Shown here: piece after piece, positions 1-10,615 of the stretch
How the letters are laid out: each line of letters begins with the position of its first letter
Numbering within the stretch: the stretch's first letter is position 1
NCBI GenBank assembly: GCA_030447415.1
Contig: JAUJOZ010000002.1
Span: forward strand, 147,351-211,350
DNA: 64,000 nucleotides
Source: Thermomicrobiales bacterium
Lineage (GTDB): Bacteria; Chloroflexota; Chloroflexia; Thermomicrobiales; UBA6265
Reading direction: 5' to 3'
The notes under the pieces: generated by a model
Seen by the model: the letters and a program-made list of their open reading frames with translations, nothing else
Told to the model about the DNA's origin: nothing
Database searches by the model: none
Position numbers and translations under genes: made by a program

Positions 1-109
1 TCGGCACGATGTCCTGCGCCCTGGTCCGGTCCCAGCCGAGGGCGACCGGAACGGCGAGGCCGAGGACGGTCAAGACGCCGAGGAGCACGGGAAGTGTGCG
101 GGAGCGCAT
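1..109 (-). CDS. 5' end of a secreted protein (runs off the window)
   Basis: ATG at 109 with GGAGGAGG RBS; MRSRTLPVLLGVLTVLGLAVPVALGWDRTRAQD signal-peptide pattern. Confidence 0.6.
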   Translation of the reverse strand, partial: MRSRTLPVLLGVLTVLGLAVPVALGWDRTRAQDIVP

Positions 110-326
110 CGGGGACCTCCTCCCCACCGGGCTAAGCAGCACTGGGCTACGCTACACCGGGGAGCCGGCCGCGACAAGCGCCGGGCTACCCCACGCGACC
201 TGTCCCCGGCGTGCGCCAACGGCCGGTGCACCCAATGGGTTCGGCGCGGCCCGTCCGGCGACCGATCCTCACCTCCTCGCTCCTGGGTCATGGGCGCCGG
301 GCGGGTGTCGGACGCCTGGAATGTCG

Positions 327-692
327 CTAGGATGAGGCTGACGGTGGCAGCTGATCGAGTTCCTGAAGCATGAGAGCGAGTTGCTCCTGGTGTTGAAGGA
401 CCCCAGTGAGGGTCATGCGTCGCTCCAGCCGGGTGGTGGCTCGGGTCGGGATGCCCGCGACTTCGATCCCCCGGGACGTTTCCTCCACCACGCTGGTCAT
501 GGTGGCCCGGAACCGGCCGCCGGCGTCCAGCGCGACCAAGCGGGCGTCGCCCTCCCGGTCTCGGCGCGCCGACAGGCTACCCCCGCCGGGCAGGACGGCG
601 TCCGAGGTGTCGACGTCGTACCCCGCGGCTTCCAGGATCGCGGCCGATCCGGCAGGATCCCATGCCCAGCCGGCACCGCGGGCCGCGCTCAT
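327..692 (-). CDS. hypothetical protein
   Basis: ATGA overlap with the PLD stop; MSAARGAGWAWD... Confidence 0.55.
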   Translation of the reverse strand: MSAARGAGWAWDPAGSAAILEAAGYDVDTSDAVLPGGGSLSARRDREGDARLVALDAGGRFRATMTSVVEETSRGIEVAGIPTRATTRLERRMTLTGVLQHQEQLALMLQELDQLPPSASS

Positions 693-1729
693 CCTGCGTC
701 GACCGGCCGCGCGTCGGCGAAGTCCTCGGCGAACGTCTGCCCAAGGCGCGCCAGATTCGCCGGGTCGTCGATCATGATGCCCAGCTCGCGGTTGTCGTCC
801 AAGGATGTGGCAGTGAAGTTTTGCGAGCCGACGTAGGCCCGGGCACCGTCGACCAGGACCATCTTGGCGTGGACGTAGAGCCCACGCTGGAACCGGACTT
901 CGACCCCAGCGTCGGCCAGGAGGAGCCACATTTCCGCGGCCCGTTCGTCGCCCGATCGGGGGGACACGAGGAGCCGGACCTCCGCCCCGCGATCCTCCGC
1001 GGCTACCAGCGCGTCGACGATCTCCTCGTCCCGCACGACCTCCGCGTAGATGTCGATCGACTCCGCCGCCCCGTCCATGAGGTTGAGCAGGTCGCGGCGG
1101 CTGGTCGTCGGGCTGACGATCAGCGGTCCAGGCGGCGGCTCGGCAGCGCGTGCCCAGTCGGCTTCGAAGATCGCTGCCGCCTGGGCCACCTCGGCCGGTC
1201 GGGTCGTGATCGCCCCGAACTCGCGGTTTTTCGTGAACGACGTTTTCGTCAGATTGAGGTTCATGACGATTGCCGTTTCCCGGTCGACCACGAACGTTTT
1301 GATGTGGCTGAAGCGGAACGCGGGGTTGTCCCAGCGAACGCCGATCCCCGCCCGTTGCAGTCGCTCGAATACTTCGGGCTGCGTCCCGGCACCGCCGAAC
1401 GGCTCCTCCTCGAGGATGACACGCACCTCGACCCCGCGGTCTACCGCCCGCTCCAGGGCGCCGATGATCTCCTCATCGCCGAGCAGGTAGACCTCCAGGG
1501 TGATCGACTCCCGTGCGGCATCGAGTTCGGCCAGGATCGGTCCGCGCCCATCGTCCGGCTCGACGAAGACGCCGACTGTGCCCCCGGCCCGGCCGACCGC
1601 TCGCGTCGCGACCGGCGGCGGTCCGACCGCGGTGTCGCGACCGCGAAAGAGCTGCCCGACGGCCCACAACCCGACGAGAGCGAAGACGAGGACGAGCACC
1701 GCCACGACGGCACGTTGGGCGCGGGTCAT
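689..1729 (-). CDS. phospholipase D / cardiolipin synthase-like protein
   Basis: two HKD motifs (HIKTFVVD, HAKMVLVD..GSQN); N-terminal TM. Confidence 0.9.
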   Translation of the reverse strand: MTRAQRAVVAVLVLVFALVGLWAVGQLFRGRDTAVGPPPVATRAVGRAGGTVGVFVEPDDGRGPILAELDAARESITLEVYLLGDEEIIGALERAVDRGVEVRVILEEEPFGGAGTQPEVFERLQRAGIGVRWDNPAFRFSHIKTFVVDRETAIVMNLNLTKTSFTKNREFGAITTRPAEVAQAAAIFEADWARAAEPPPGPLIVSPTTSRRDLLNLMDGAAESIDIYAEVVRDEEIVDALVAAEDRGAEVRLLVSPRSGDERAAEMWLLLADAGVEVRFQRGLYVHAKMVLVDGARAYVGSQNFTATSLDDNRELGIMIDDPANLARLGQTFAEDFADARPVDAG

Positions 1730-1780
1730 CCGCTCACCTTCTCCCCGCCGTCATTGAATGGCCAGGTCCCTCTCCGGCAG

Positions 1781-2254
1781 TCAGATGCCGGCCCGCTCAC
1801 GCCAGGCCCGGATGTCGGTGGCGTGCTCGTCGTAGTGCTCGTAGGTGTCAACCGCGATGCGGCGCTCAAGGCCGTCGGTCCGCACTTCGGACGGGTTCAG
1901 GGCTGCGACGAACGCCAGCATCCGGGCGTGGGCCTGCTCCATGTCGACGCGCTGCTGCGCGACCGAATGGTCGGCGCGGGCCGTCGCCTCACGCTGGTTG
2001 ATCGCCTCCCAGGGGACGTCCCACCCCGGCTCGCCCGCCAGAAGACGGCGCGCGGCATCGATCACATACTCATCCCAGACGGCAACGTGGCCCATGAGGT
2101 CCTTCACCGACTAGTCGCCGGACACCCCCACGTCGGTCAGTCGCTCCTCAGGGAGTCCGGCGATGGCGCGCATGAGGTTTGTCCAGCTCGTCTCGATCCG
2201 GCGCAGGACATCCTGCACCAGGTCATCCTGCCGAACGCCGGCGCTCGTCGCCAC
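1781..2254 (-). pseudogene. DinB-like four-helix-bundle protein with an in-frame TAG
   Basis: GD*SVKDLMGHVAVWD (usually W-S-V-K-D..H) and C-terminal YEHYDEH; TAG at 2111-2113. Confidence 0.65.
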
Positions 2255-2408
2255 GGTTCCACCCTCTCCCATGCCATCGCCTCGTCGGGTGCCGATGCCA
2301 ACGACCGGGCCACTCCGCCGCGGCGAACGCCCGCCTGAATACAGAACGGAGGCACGGGATGCTCTGTGAGCCCATGCCTCCGCTCTGGGGAGTCGTTGCC
2401 GTCGAGCG

Positions 2409-3818
2409 TTAGGCGGCCTTGACCGCGCCGATCAGTTTGGTCAGCGAGTCCTTGGCGTCACCGAAGAGCATCGTTGTCTTCGGATGGTGGAACAACTCGT
2501 TCTCGATGCCGGCGAACCCAGCCTTCATGCTTCGCTTGAGGACGATCACGCTGCCGGCTTCGTCGACGTTGAGGATCGGCATCCCATAGATCGGCGAGCT
2601 GGGGTCGTTGCGGGCTGCCGGATTCGTCACGTCGTTGGCGCCGATCACCAACGCCACGTCGGTCTTGGCGAAATCGCCGTTGATGTCGTCCATCTCGTAC
2701 AGGTCGTCGTAGGGAACGTTCGCTTCGGCCAGCAGCACGTTCATGTGACCGGGCATGCGGCCGGCCACCGGGTGGATGGCGTAGCGGACGTCGACGCCGC
2801 GGTCCTCCAGCATGTCAGCCAGCTCGCGCACGGTGTGCTGAGCCTGGGCCACCGCCAAGCCATAACCGGGGACGATGATCACCCGCTGGGCGTAGGCGAG
2901 CGGTACGGCTGCGTCCTCGGCCGAGATCTCACGGATCGGCAGTGCCTCGCCACCTGTCCCGACCGGACCGCCGACCGCCGCGGGGCCGCCGCCGAAGGCA
3001 CCGAAGAGAACGTTCGTCACCGGTCGGTTCATGGCGCGCGCCATCAGCAGGGTGAGCAGCGTGCCTGAGGCGCCGACCAGGGCCCCGGCGACGACCAGGG
3101 CCTGGTTGCTGAGGACGAAGCCGGTCAGCGCCGCGGCCAGGCCGGTCGCGGAGTTGAGAAGGGCGATCACGACGGGCATGTCGGCGCCGCCGATCGGGAT
3201 GACGACAAGTGCGCCGAGTGCCAGCGCCCCGAGGAACATCAGCACGAGCAGGCTGCGGGCGGCCCCTTCCTCCGGCGCCAGGGCGATGACGAGGATGCCG
3301 AGCAGAACGACCGCGCCTGCGAGCGCCGCGTTGATCATCTGTTGCGACGGGAAGGTGATCGGCCGACCGGAGATCAGCTCCTGGAGCTTGAGGAAGGCGA
3401 TCACGCTGCCGGTGAAGGAGATCGCACCGATGATGACGCCGAGCACGATCGAGAGCGTTTCGCCGCGGGGCACGTTGCTCACGTGGGTGAACTCGGCGAC
3501 CGAGACGAGCGCCGCGGTCGCGCCGCCCATGCCGTTGAAGATCGCCACCATCTGCGGCATCGCCGTCATCTTGACGGTCCGCGCCGGGAAGTAGCCCAGC
3601 GCCCCGCCGGCGAGGACGCCGAGGACGACGACGACGAGGTCCTCGAGCCCCTCGGTGAAGAACGTGGCGACCACCGCGATCGTCATCCCGACCGCCGCGA
3701 GCTGGTTGCCCCGCCGTGCCGTGGCCGGCGAGCTGAGCATCTTCAAGCCGTAAATGAACAGGACCGCCGCGACCAGATAGCTCAGGTCGACGAACGCGTC
3801 GCGTCCGCTCTCGATCAT
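2409..3818 (-). CDS. pntB: NAD(P) transhydrogenase subunit beta
   Basis: MTAMPQMVAIFNGMGG, IGGADMPVVI, HPVAGRMPGHMNVLLAEA, GANDVTNP. Confidence 0.97.
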   Translation of the reverse strand: MIESGRDAFVDLSYLVAAVLFIYGLKMLSSPATARRGNQLAAVGMTIAVVATFFTEGLEDLVVVVLGVLAGGALGYFPARTVKMTAMPQMVAIFNGMGGATAALVSVAEFTHVSNVPRGETLSIVLGVIIGAISFTGSVIAFLKLQELISGRPITFPSQQMINAALAGAVVLLGILVIALAPEEGAARSLLVLMFLGALALGALVVIPIGGADMPVVIALLNSATGLAAALTGFVLSNQALVVAGALVGASGTLLTLLMARAMNRPVTNVLFGAFGGGPAAVGGPVGTGGEALPIREISAEDAAVPLAYAQRVIIVPGYGLAVAQAQHTVRELADMLEDRGVDVRYAIHPVAGRMPGHMNVLLAEANVPYDDLYEMDDINGDFAKTDVALVIGANDVTNPAARNDPSSPIYGMPILNVDEAGSVIVLKRSMKAGFAGIENELFHHPKTTMLFGDAKDSLTKLIGAVKAA

Positions 3819-4135
3819 CGCTTCGCCCCCGCGCCCGAGCCCTGACCGGCCGTCGGCTTCTTCCGGAACATCTCCAGCATACGGTCGGTTACCACGAAGC
3901 CGCCGACGACGTTGGCGGCGCCGAGGACGACCGCCACGAACCCGATCGTCCGCAGCCACCAGGTGTCGGCCGCGCCGAGCACCAGCATGGCGCCAAGCAG
4001 CACGATCCCGTGGATGGCATTGGTGCCGGACATCAGTGGGGTGTGGAGGGTGGCCGGGACGCGGTTGATCACCTCCAGGCCACGAAAGATCGCCAGGATA
4101 AAGACGTACCCGCCGAGCAGAATCTGTTCATCCAT
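3815..4135 (-). CDS. pntAB: NAD(P) transhydrogenase subunit alpha part 2 (membrane)
   Basis: VPATLHTPLMSGTNAIHG, NVVGGFVVTDRMLEMF. Confidence 0.95.
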   Translation of the reverse strand: MDEQILLGGYVFILAIFRGLEVINRVPATLHTPLMSGTNAIHGIVLLGAMLVLGAADTWWLRTIGFVAVVLGAANVVGGFVVTDRMLEMFRKKPTAGQGSGAGAKR

Positions 4136-4196
4136 AGGTCGCTCCTCTTCACGTGAGTGCTGCCAGCGCCGCCCGCGGCCGCGGCGTCCAAACCGC

Positions 4197-5543
4197 TTAC
4201 CCGCCGCGAGTCGCCGCTGGGGCCGACACGGCCGGCTGCTCCTCCGGCGGATCGGCCAGCGCCCGGGCGTCCCTCGCCGCCGCGGGAGCTTGGGCGGCGG
4301 CCGGCTCGGCCACCGGCGTGGTGGGCGCGGAAGCCGCACCCCGGAGCCGGGCGCGGGTCGGTTCGTGGACGATCTCGCCGGCGTGGGTAATGCACGTCCC
4401 CTTGACGATGTCATCGTCAAAGTTGAGCGCCAGTCGTGCGTCTTTGACGAGGAGGGCCAGCAGGTTCTGAACGTTCTTGGCGTACATCTGGCTGGCGTGG
4501 GTCGGCATCTCGCTTGGCAGATTGACGCGGCCGATGATCGTCACCCCATGCCGGACCACGGTCTCGCCCGGGACGGTCAGCTCGCAGTTACCACCCGTCT
4601 CTGCCGCCAAGTCGATGATGACGGACCCCGGGCGCATCTGCCCAACGGTCTCGGCGGAGATCAGGCGCGGCGCGGGCTTGCCGGGAACGAGCGCGGTGGT
4701 GATGACGACATCGGAGCGCGCGGCTCGCTCCGCGAGTACTTCCTGCTGTCGCCGGAGGACCTCGGCCGATGCTTCCTTGGCATAGCCGCCGGCGTCCTGA
4801 GTGTCGGCCGCGCCGGTCTCGATCTCGACGAACCGTGCGCCGAGGCTCTCCACCTGCTCCTTGACGACGGGGCGGGTATCGTAGGCTTCGACCACGGCGC
4901 CGAGACGGCGTGCGGTGGCGATGGCCTGGAGGCCGGCCACGCCTGCGCCGACGATCAACGCCTTGGCCGGGGTGATCGAGCCGGCAGCGGTTGTCAGCAT
5001 CGGGAAGAACTTCGGCAGATGATCGGCGGCCAGCAGCGCCGCCTTGTAGCCGGCGACGGTGCTTTGTGACGAGAGGGCGTCCATGGTCTGGGCGCGCGTG
5101 GTCCGCGGAATGGCGTCCATGCTGAAGGAGGTGACCTGTTTGCGCGCCAAACGCTCCACGAGCTCAGGGTTGGTCAACGGCGCCAGGAACGCGACCAGGA
5201 CGGTCCCTTCCCTCAGCAGAGCGACCTCGTCCCGTCCCGACGCGTCATCCACGCCCGGTCGCCGGACCTTGAGCACGACATCCGCCAGCTCGTAGAGCGC
5301 GGGTCCGTCCGGCACGATCGTCGCCCCAGCTTCGGCGTAGGCTTCGTCGGAGAAGTAGGCGCCGTTCCCCGCTCCCGCCTGGACCAGGACGTTGATCCCA
5401 GCGGCCGTCCACCGCTTGACGGTGTCCGGGACTGCCGCCACGCGCCGCTCGTCGGACATGATCTCCTTCGCCACGGCGACGACCAGGCGGTCGGCGTTCG
5501 GCGATTCCCCTTCCATACCTCTCCCCGCCTCCCCAGCGCTCAT
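4197..5543 (-). CDS. pntAA: NAD(P) transhydrogenase subunit alpha part 1
   Basis: ERRVAAVP, RAQTMDALSSQ, GAGVAGLQAIATARRLGA, DLAAETGGNCE. Confidence 0.95.
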   Translation of the reverse strand: MSAGEAGRGMEGESPNADRLVVAVAKEIMSDERRVAAVPDTVKRWTAAGINVLVQAGAGNGAYFSDEAYAEAGATIVPDGPALYELADVVLKVRRPGVDDASGRDEVALLREGTVLVAFLAPLTNPELVERLARKQVTSFSMDAIPRTTRAQTMDALSSQSTVAGYKAALLAADHLPKFFPMLTTAAGSITPAKALIVGAGVAGLQAIATARRLGAVVEAYDTRPVVKEQVESLGARFVEIETGAADTQDAGGYAKEASAEVLRRQQEVLAERAARSDVVITTALVPGKPAPRLISAETVGQMRPGSVIIDLAAETGGNCELTVPGETVVRHGVTIIGRVNLPSEMPTHASQMYAKNVQNLLALLVKDARLALNFDDDIVKGTCITHAGEIVHEPTRARLRGAASAPTTPVAEPAAAQAPAAARDARALADPPEEQPAVSAPAATRGG

Positions 5544-5871
5544 GTGTGGCTCCCCGTCGCTCGCCCGCGGCGAGACACACGGCGAGATGGATCGCGTCCC
5601 GCGCGGCTCCTCCACCGCTCGCCCGGCGAGCGGCGATCGCCTATGACCGGACGCGTGAAGTCGGCGCCACGATGCGCCGACTGAACCTCCGTGATGGATG
5701 AAGTTTACACAAAACTGGCGCGACGGGGCAGGGATGGAGGGTCAGGCGCACGACGACGCCGCCTGTTTAGGGCGGCGTCGGAGCGTCTTGCCGGTAAACC
5801 CCGGCGGGTTCACGGCCTCTTGGCGGCCGTGCGGTGCGGGGACCGGGGCGACGAGCGCGAGCGATCTTGGT

Positions 5872-6024
5872 CTAGTGGCGCTCGGCGGGGAGACGGATCG
5901 GGGCAGGGTGGCGCACGGGCACTGGGACGCGTGCTGGCACCGGTTGCGGCTCGCGACCGAATAGACGATTGAGCAGCTCAGTGAGGCGATCGGCAACCGT
6001 GGAAAGAGCGGGCTTTCGCGTCAT
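5872..6024 (-). CDS. small Pro-rich hypothetical protein
   Basis: MTRKPALSTVADRLTELLNRLFGREPQPVPARVPVPVR; fills an intergenic gap. Confidence 0.35.
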   Translation of the reverse strand: MTRKPALSTVADRLTELLNRLFGREPQPVPARVPVPVRHPAPIRLPAERH

Positions 6025-6449
6025 GAGCTTCTCCGCTTCGGCGACGACGGACCGTCCCGTCACCATCATCTACGTCCGACGGTGAAGGTCGGTTTCGGGG
6101 TGCACGGGTTGTGTCACTCGGCACCCGTCGCACCCACTCCCGTCCGGCTGGCCAAACGCATCCTCCGTGCCAGCCTGCCTCTCTGGTGTGGCGTCCGCAC
6201 ATGGGATTGCGCATCGGAGTTGAGCGTCCTTGGCCGACCACCGACCATGACCTGGCGGCGATTCGAGAAACAGCTTCAGGGATGGCTGATGTGCACGGCT
6301 CGCGGCCAGGCAGCGCTCCACCTCCGAGGCGACGCTACCAGCCGATGGTGCCGCCGTTTCCCCTGGCACGGCGGTTGCATACCGACCCGGTGAACATAAG
6401 TGGGCGGTCCATTTGGCCGTCCCCGGGTCGATTTCATAGGAGGAGCGGT

Positions 6450-6890
6450 ATGCTCACACGCTACTTCGCGCTCGTCATCGGGATTGTCTACGTGCTCGCC
6501 GGTCTCGCTGGCTTCGTTCCCGCGCTCGGGGACGAGCGGACCAGTCCGGACCTCATCGTCGACGCCGCGTATCGAGACGTTCTCGGCTTGTTCCCCGCGA
6601 ACGTGCTTCACCACCTTGTCCACCTGGCAATCGGTATCCTCGGCATTCTTGCCTACCGCACCTACGCCGCTTCCCGCAACTACTCGCGGGCGTTGGCGGT
6701 TGTCTATGCCGTGTTGGCCGTCATGGGCTTGATCGACGCCGGCAATATCAACACGACGTTCAAGCTCATCCCGCTCCTGAGCCATGATGTGTGGCTCCAC
6801 GCGCTCACCGCGGCCGTGGCTGCCTACTTCGGTTTCGTCGCTCCGCGGGCGGTGGATGCGTATCCTGACGCCGCCCGTAGCCGCGCCTAG
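6450..6890 (+). CDS. DUF4383-like membrane protein
   Basis: AGGAG RBS; LGLFPANVLHHLVHLAIG, DVWLH; four TM segments. Confidence 0.8.
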   Translation: MLTRYFALVIGIVYVLAGLAGFVPALGDERTSPDLIVDAAYRDVLGLFPANVLHHLVHLAIGILGILAYRTYAASRNYSRALAVVYAVLAVMGLIDAGNINTTFKLIPLLSHDVWLHALTAAVAAYFGFVAPRAVDAYPDAARSRA

Positions 6891-6921
6891 GTCGGCGTCC
6901 CGCCAGCGCGCCGGTGACGAA

Positions 6922-6966
6922 GCGACGAGCGCCGGGGATGTCCCCGGCGCTCGTCGCTTGCTTTCG
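6922..6966 (+). terminator. long perfect hairpin between convergent genes
   Basis: GCGACGAGCGCCGGGGA-TG-TCCCCGGCGCTCGTCGC followed by TTGCTTT. Confidence 0.7.
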
Positions 6967-7030
6967 CAGACTCCCGCGGGGATGGGCTGAGACCGTCATG
7001 GGGCGGAGTGCAGAGCATCAGGGTTAGGCG

Positions 7031-8683
7031 CTAACTCGCCCGTCTGAGAAGTTGCTCTTCAATCACCAGATCCAAGGCGAGCGTTCGATAGCCGACCGTG
7101 TCGAACAGAACCACGACCTTGTCACCCTCATAGCGCATGACGAGACCGTCGCCCCAGGCGCTGTGGACGACGCGGCTGCTGATCGAGAACGGCTGGTCGC
7201 GCTCGTCCGGGGCGATGGGGACCCCGGCATCACAGACGTCGCACGCGCCGCAGGGGGGATCGTAGCGCTCACCGAAGTAGTTCAGCAGGTACTCGCGCCG
7301 GCAACCACCAGCTTCCGCATAGCCGCGCATCATCTCGATCCGTGACCGGGCGAATCGCTGGAGGTTCTCCTGGGTCTTGGCCGCTTCGTTCGCTGCCTCG
7401 CGAAGGTCGTCAGCGCTGGGCGGTCGCTCCTCAGTCGGCACAACCTCGCCACTGGGCAACATCTGCACCACGCCGACCTCTTCCAAACGGCTTAGGGCCG
7501 TCGTGACCTGCGTTGTGGAGAGTTTGATTGCGTCGCCCAACGCCTCCGGACCAAGGGGGCCGCCGTGTGCGTGGACGATGGCGGCCACTCGCTCCGTCTG
7601 GTCGACGTCAATCTGGCCCCCACTCGCGAAGAAGCGGCGGAGGTTGAGGTCCTCAGGGCGGTAAAAGAGGACTGCAGTCGCCGCGTCACCGTCGCGCCCG
7701 GCCCGCCCGATCTCCTGGTAGTAGGAGTCGATGGAATCGCTGATATCGAGGTGGAAGACGAAGCGGACGTTCGGCTTGTCGATCCCCATGCCGAACGCCG
7801 TTGTGGCGACGATTACCTCGACCTCGTCAGCCATGAACGCTTCCTGGACCCGTTCGCGCTCGCGGGCCGTCATGCCCGCATGGTAGGCGACGGCGCGCAC
7901 CCCGCGCTCGTCGAGCGCCGTGGCGACGTCCTCCGCTCGGTTGCGGGTGGCGGCGTAGACGATCCCCGGCTTGTCCGCCGCGGCGACCCGCGTCACGAGT
8001 GCCTCGCGTTTATCGTCCTCGTCCTCGAAGGTTTCGGCTCCGAGCCAGATGTTGGGCCGATCGAACCCCTGCACGACCAGCATTGGCTCCCGCATCCGCA
8101 GCCGTTCGACGATCTCCTCACGCGTCGGTGGAGCGGCGGTCGCGGTGAGCGCTAGCGTCGTCGGGCGCCCGAGCGCCTCGATGACACCGCCGAGCCGCAG
8201 GTACTCCGGCCGGAAGTCGTGCCCCCACTCGCTGATGCAGTGAGCTTCGTCGACGACGAAAAGCGATGGTTGCGCCGCCCGCAGCCGGTCAAGGGTCTCC
8301 TGGTTGGCGAACTGCTCCGGCGCGAGAAACAGGAACTCCAGGCTCCCCTCCCCAAGCTCCGAAAACGCCTCTTCGCGCTCCACCGGCCTGAGGGTGGAGT
8401 TCACCTGCGCCGCCTCGCCGACGTCTAGCTCGTCGATGTTCTCGACTTGGTCCCGCTGGAGCGCGATCAGCGGTGAGACGACAATCGTGGGACCGTCGAG
8501 GAGAGTCGCCGCGATCTGGTAGATCGCCGACTTCCCGGCGCCTGTCGGCAGCACCGCGAGGGTATCCCTTCCCGCGACGACAGCGCGGATTGCTTCCTCC
8601 TGCCCCGGTCGCAAGTCCTCGAAGCCGAACTTCTCCCGCGCGACGCGGCGAATTCGCGCCGCGCCTGGTCGTGTCCCGCCCAC
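7031..8683 (-). CDS. recQ: RecQ-family ATP-dependent DNA helicase
   Basis: PTGAGKS, DEAHCISEWGHDFRPEY, ATTAFGMGIDK, YYQEIGRAGRDG, Zn-binding CRR..CGACDVC. Confidence 0.95.
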   Translation of the reverse strand: MGGTRPGAARIRRVAREKFGFEDLRPGQEEAIRAVVAGRDTLAVLPTGAGKSAIYQIAATLLDGPTIVVSPLIALQRDQVENIDELDVGEAAQVNSTLRPVEREEAFSELGEGSLEFLFLAPEQFANQETLDRLRAAQPSLFVVDEAHCISEWGHDFRPEYLRLGGVIEALGRPTTLALTATAAPPTREEIVERLRMREPMLVVQGFDRPNIWLGAETFEDEDDKREALVTRVAAADKPGIVYAATRNRAEDVATALDERGVRAVAYHAGMTARERERVQEAFMADEVEVIVATTAFGMGIDKPNVRFVFHLDISDSIDSYYQEIGRAGRDGDAATAVLFYRPEDLNLRRFFASGGQIDVDQTERVAAIVHAHGGPLGPEALGDAIKLSTTQVTTALSRLEEVGVVQMLPSGEVVPTEERPPSADDLREAANEAAKTQENLQRFARSRIEMMRGYAEAGGCRREYLLNYFGERYDPPCGACDVCDAGVPIAPDERDQPFSISSRVVHSAWGDGLVMRYEGDKVVVLFDTVGYRTLALDLVIEEQLLRRAS

Positions 8684-8872
8684 GGGGTTCCTTTCTCTGT
8701 CTCTCTGTAGGCATCGCCGCTGAACGGCCCGGAGCCGTTGGTCGGTCGAGGTGATCGCGGAAGCGCAAGGCGGGTTCCACCACAGGAACGGCGAGCTGCG
8801 GTGGACGTGCTGGGAGTGGCACGGGTCATGCCCACGCGGCGGCGACTTGTCGGAGCCGAGAGGGGGACCCGG

Positions 8873-9223
8873 ATGAGATTCGTATCGACCAGGACGCACG
8901 GCATCCTCGACTACCTATCGGTGGGAACGCTGCTCGCCCTGCCGAGACTGCTCGGCTGGAGCAAAGACGTGACCCGGCTGCTTACCGGCGCCGCGGTCGG
9001 CACGCTCGGCTACAGCCTGCTGACACGGTACGAGTTTGGAGCCGTCAAGACGCTGCCGATGCAGGCGCACCTCACCCTGGACGGCATGAGCGGCGCGCTG
9101 CTTTGCGGCGCGCCCCTCCTCTTCCCTGATGAGGACGGAAGCGTCACCGGAGCGCTGGTTGCGCTGGGACTCTTCGAGTTGGGGGCGGCGCTGACGACCG
9201 AGACCGAGCCCAGGACGCTTTGA
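8873..9223 (+). CDS. small membrane protein (SPW-repeat-like)
   Basis: MRFVSTRTHGILDY..YSLLTRYEFG..HLTLD. Confidence 0.7.
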   Translation: MRFVSTRTHGILDYLSVGTLLALPRLLGWSKDVTRLLTGAAVGTLGYSLLTRYEFGAVKTLPMQAHLTLDGMSGALLCGAPLLFPDEDGSVTGALVALGLFELGAALTTETEPRTL

Positions 9224-9594
9224 CGGCTCGCCAGCAGAGCCCGAGCGGCTAGCGCGGTCTGGCTCACGCCAGGAACCGCCGGCATTCGCCGGCGGTTCCT
9301 GGCGTGAGGAGGGAGAGGAGGAGACGTGCGGGACGTTCCCGCTCAATCGGTGCGTTCTCAGGATAGCGGCCCTTTGCCGGCGCACCATCCCCCAAGGGTC
9401 ATGTCCGCGCGGACGCGGAACGTACAGGCGTGGCTGTCGAAAGGTCCTACGCCAACGCCCGACTGTCCGTACGCTGCGGTACACTTCCCCCGCTGGACGC
9501 GGGTGTATAGGGGGCGAGCGTGGGCACCGGGTTGGCCGAAGCGGTCGAGACCGACATCCGGGGTGCGCCGGTGGCCGGGCCAGCATCGACGGCA

Positions 9595-9807
9595 ATGCCT
9601 GTCGACGGCGCCAGCCGCCGCGTGAGCCTCCCACGGCGCGAGTTCTTGGCTGATGTCGTCGTGGCGTTGCGAGCGCGGCTGTCGGGGGTTAGCCGAATTC
9701 GCCACCGGGCGTCGATGAACCTGGTGAAGGTCTTCTATGGCAACGAGCGGGTCCACTACGACGAGTGGGAAACGCAGTCTGTTGTCGCTCACCTGGCACG
9801 GGCGTGA
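9595..9807 (+). pseudogene. truncated paralog of the downstream hypothetical gene
   Basis: RREFLADVV..NLVKVFYGNERVHYD aligns with RRDFFDAVV..LLKVDFGNPRVHYE. Confidence 0.5.
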
Positions 9808-9853
9808 GCTGACCGGCGTTGCGGAGTTGGTCGAAGCCGCCGACTGAGAGCTG

Positions 9854-10456
9854 ATGGCCGTGATAGACGATGTCGCCCGCGGTGAGCCGATTGGTCACGT
9901 GATCGACCTGGATCCGGCTTCCATCAACCCCGGTGGGGTGGAGCGGGGACGAGCCGGTGCCGGCCTCACCCGGCGCGACTTCTTCGACGCGGTCGTGGAC
10001 CGCCTACGCGAGGAGCTGCCCGAACCGCGCCGTGCTTTCCAGTACCGGTCCAACCCACTGCTGTTGAAGGTGGACTTCGGAAACCCGCGCGTGCATTACG
10101 AGATTTGGTGCGATGGCGAGCGCCACATCCTCGGGCTCGGGCTCCACTTCGAGGACGGTCCGCTCAGCACGGCGGCGTACCTGACCTACTTTGATCAGCG
10201 CATCGTGGAGCTGAAGCACGAGCTCGGCCCAGCTATCGAGCTCGAGCGCTGGACCGCCTCCTGGGGCCACCTCTACGAGCATTGGCCGCTCGGGACGCTA
10301 ACGGAGGCGCTGGCGGAGCGCGTCGGTCGGCGCCTCGCCCGGCTCATCACGACCTTGCAGCCGCTGGTCGAGGCAGCCGAGATCGCGCGAGAGCGGTCGG
10401 CCTTGGCTCCCGATGGAGCCGAGCGGCGCGGACCGTGGCGAAAGTGGCGGCGGTGA
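9854..10456 (+). CDS. hypothetical protein
   Basis: protein-like ORF, GC3-biased codons; VHYEIW..GLHFEDG..LERWTASWGHLYE. Confidence 0.75.
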   Translation: MAVIDDVARGEPIGHVIDLDPASINPGGVERGRAGAGLTRRDFFDAVVDRLREELPEPRRAFQYRSNPLLLKVDFGNPRVHYEIWCDGERHILGLGLHFEDGPLSTAAYLTYFDQRIVELKHELGPAIELERWTASWGHLYEHWPLGTLTEALAERVGRRLARLITTLQPLVEAAEIARERSALAPDGAERRGPWRKWRR

Positions 10457-10615
10457 TGGCGCCGCACGCCGACGAGCGTCGCACCCATCGAGCACCAATC
10501 CGGACACGGCGTTAGGGCTCCGGCTCTGGTGTCGCATTGTCCGACCCGAGGCCGCCCTTCGCCGAGTTGCGGTGGACGGCGCGGAAGCGGGACGCCGAAC
10601 TGCAGGTCCACCGGC

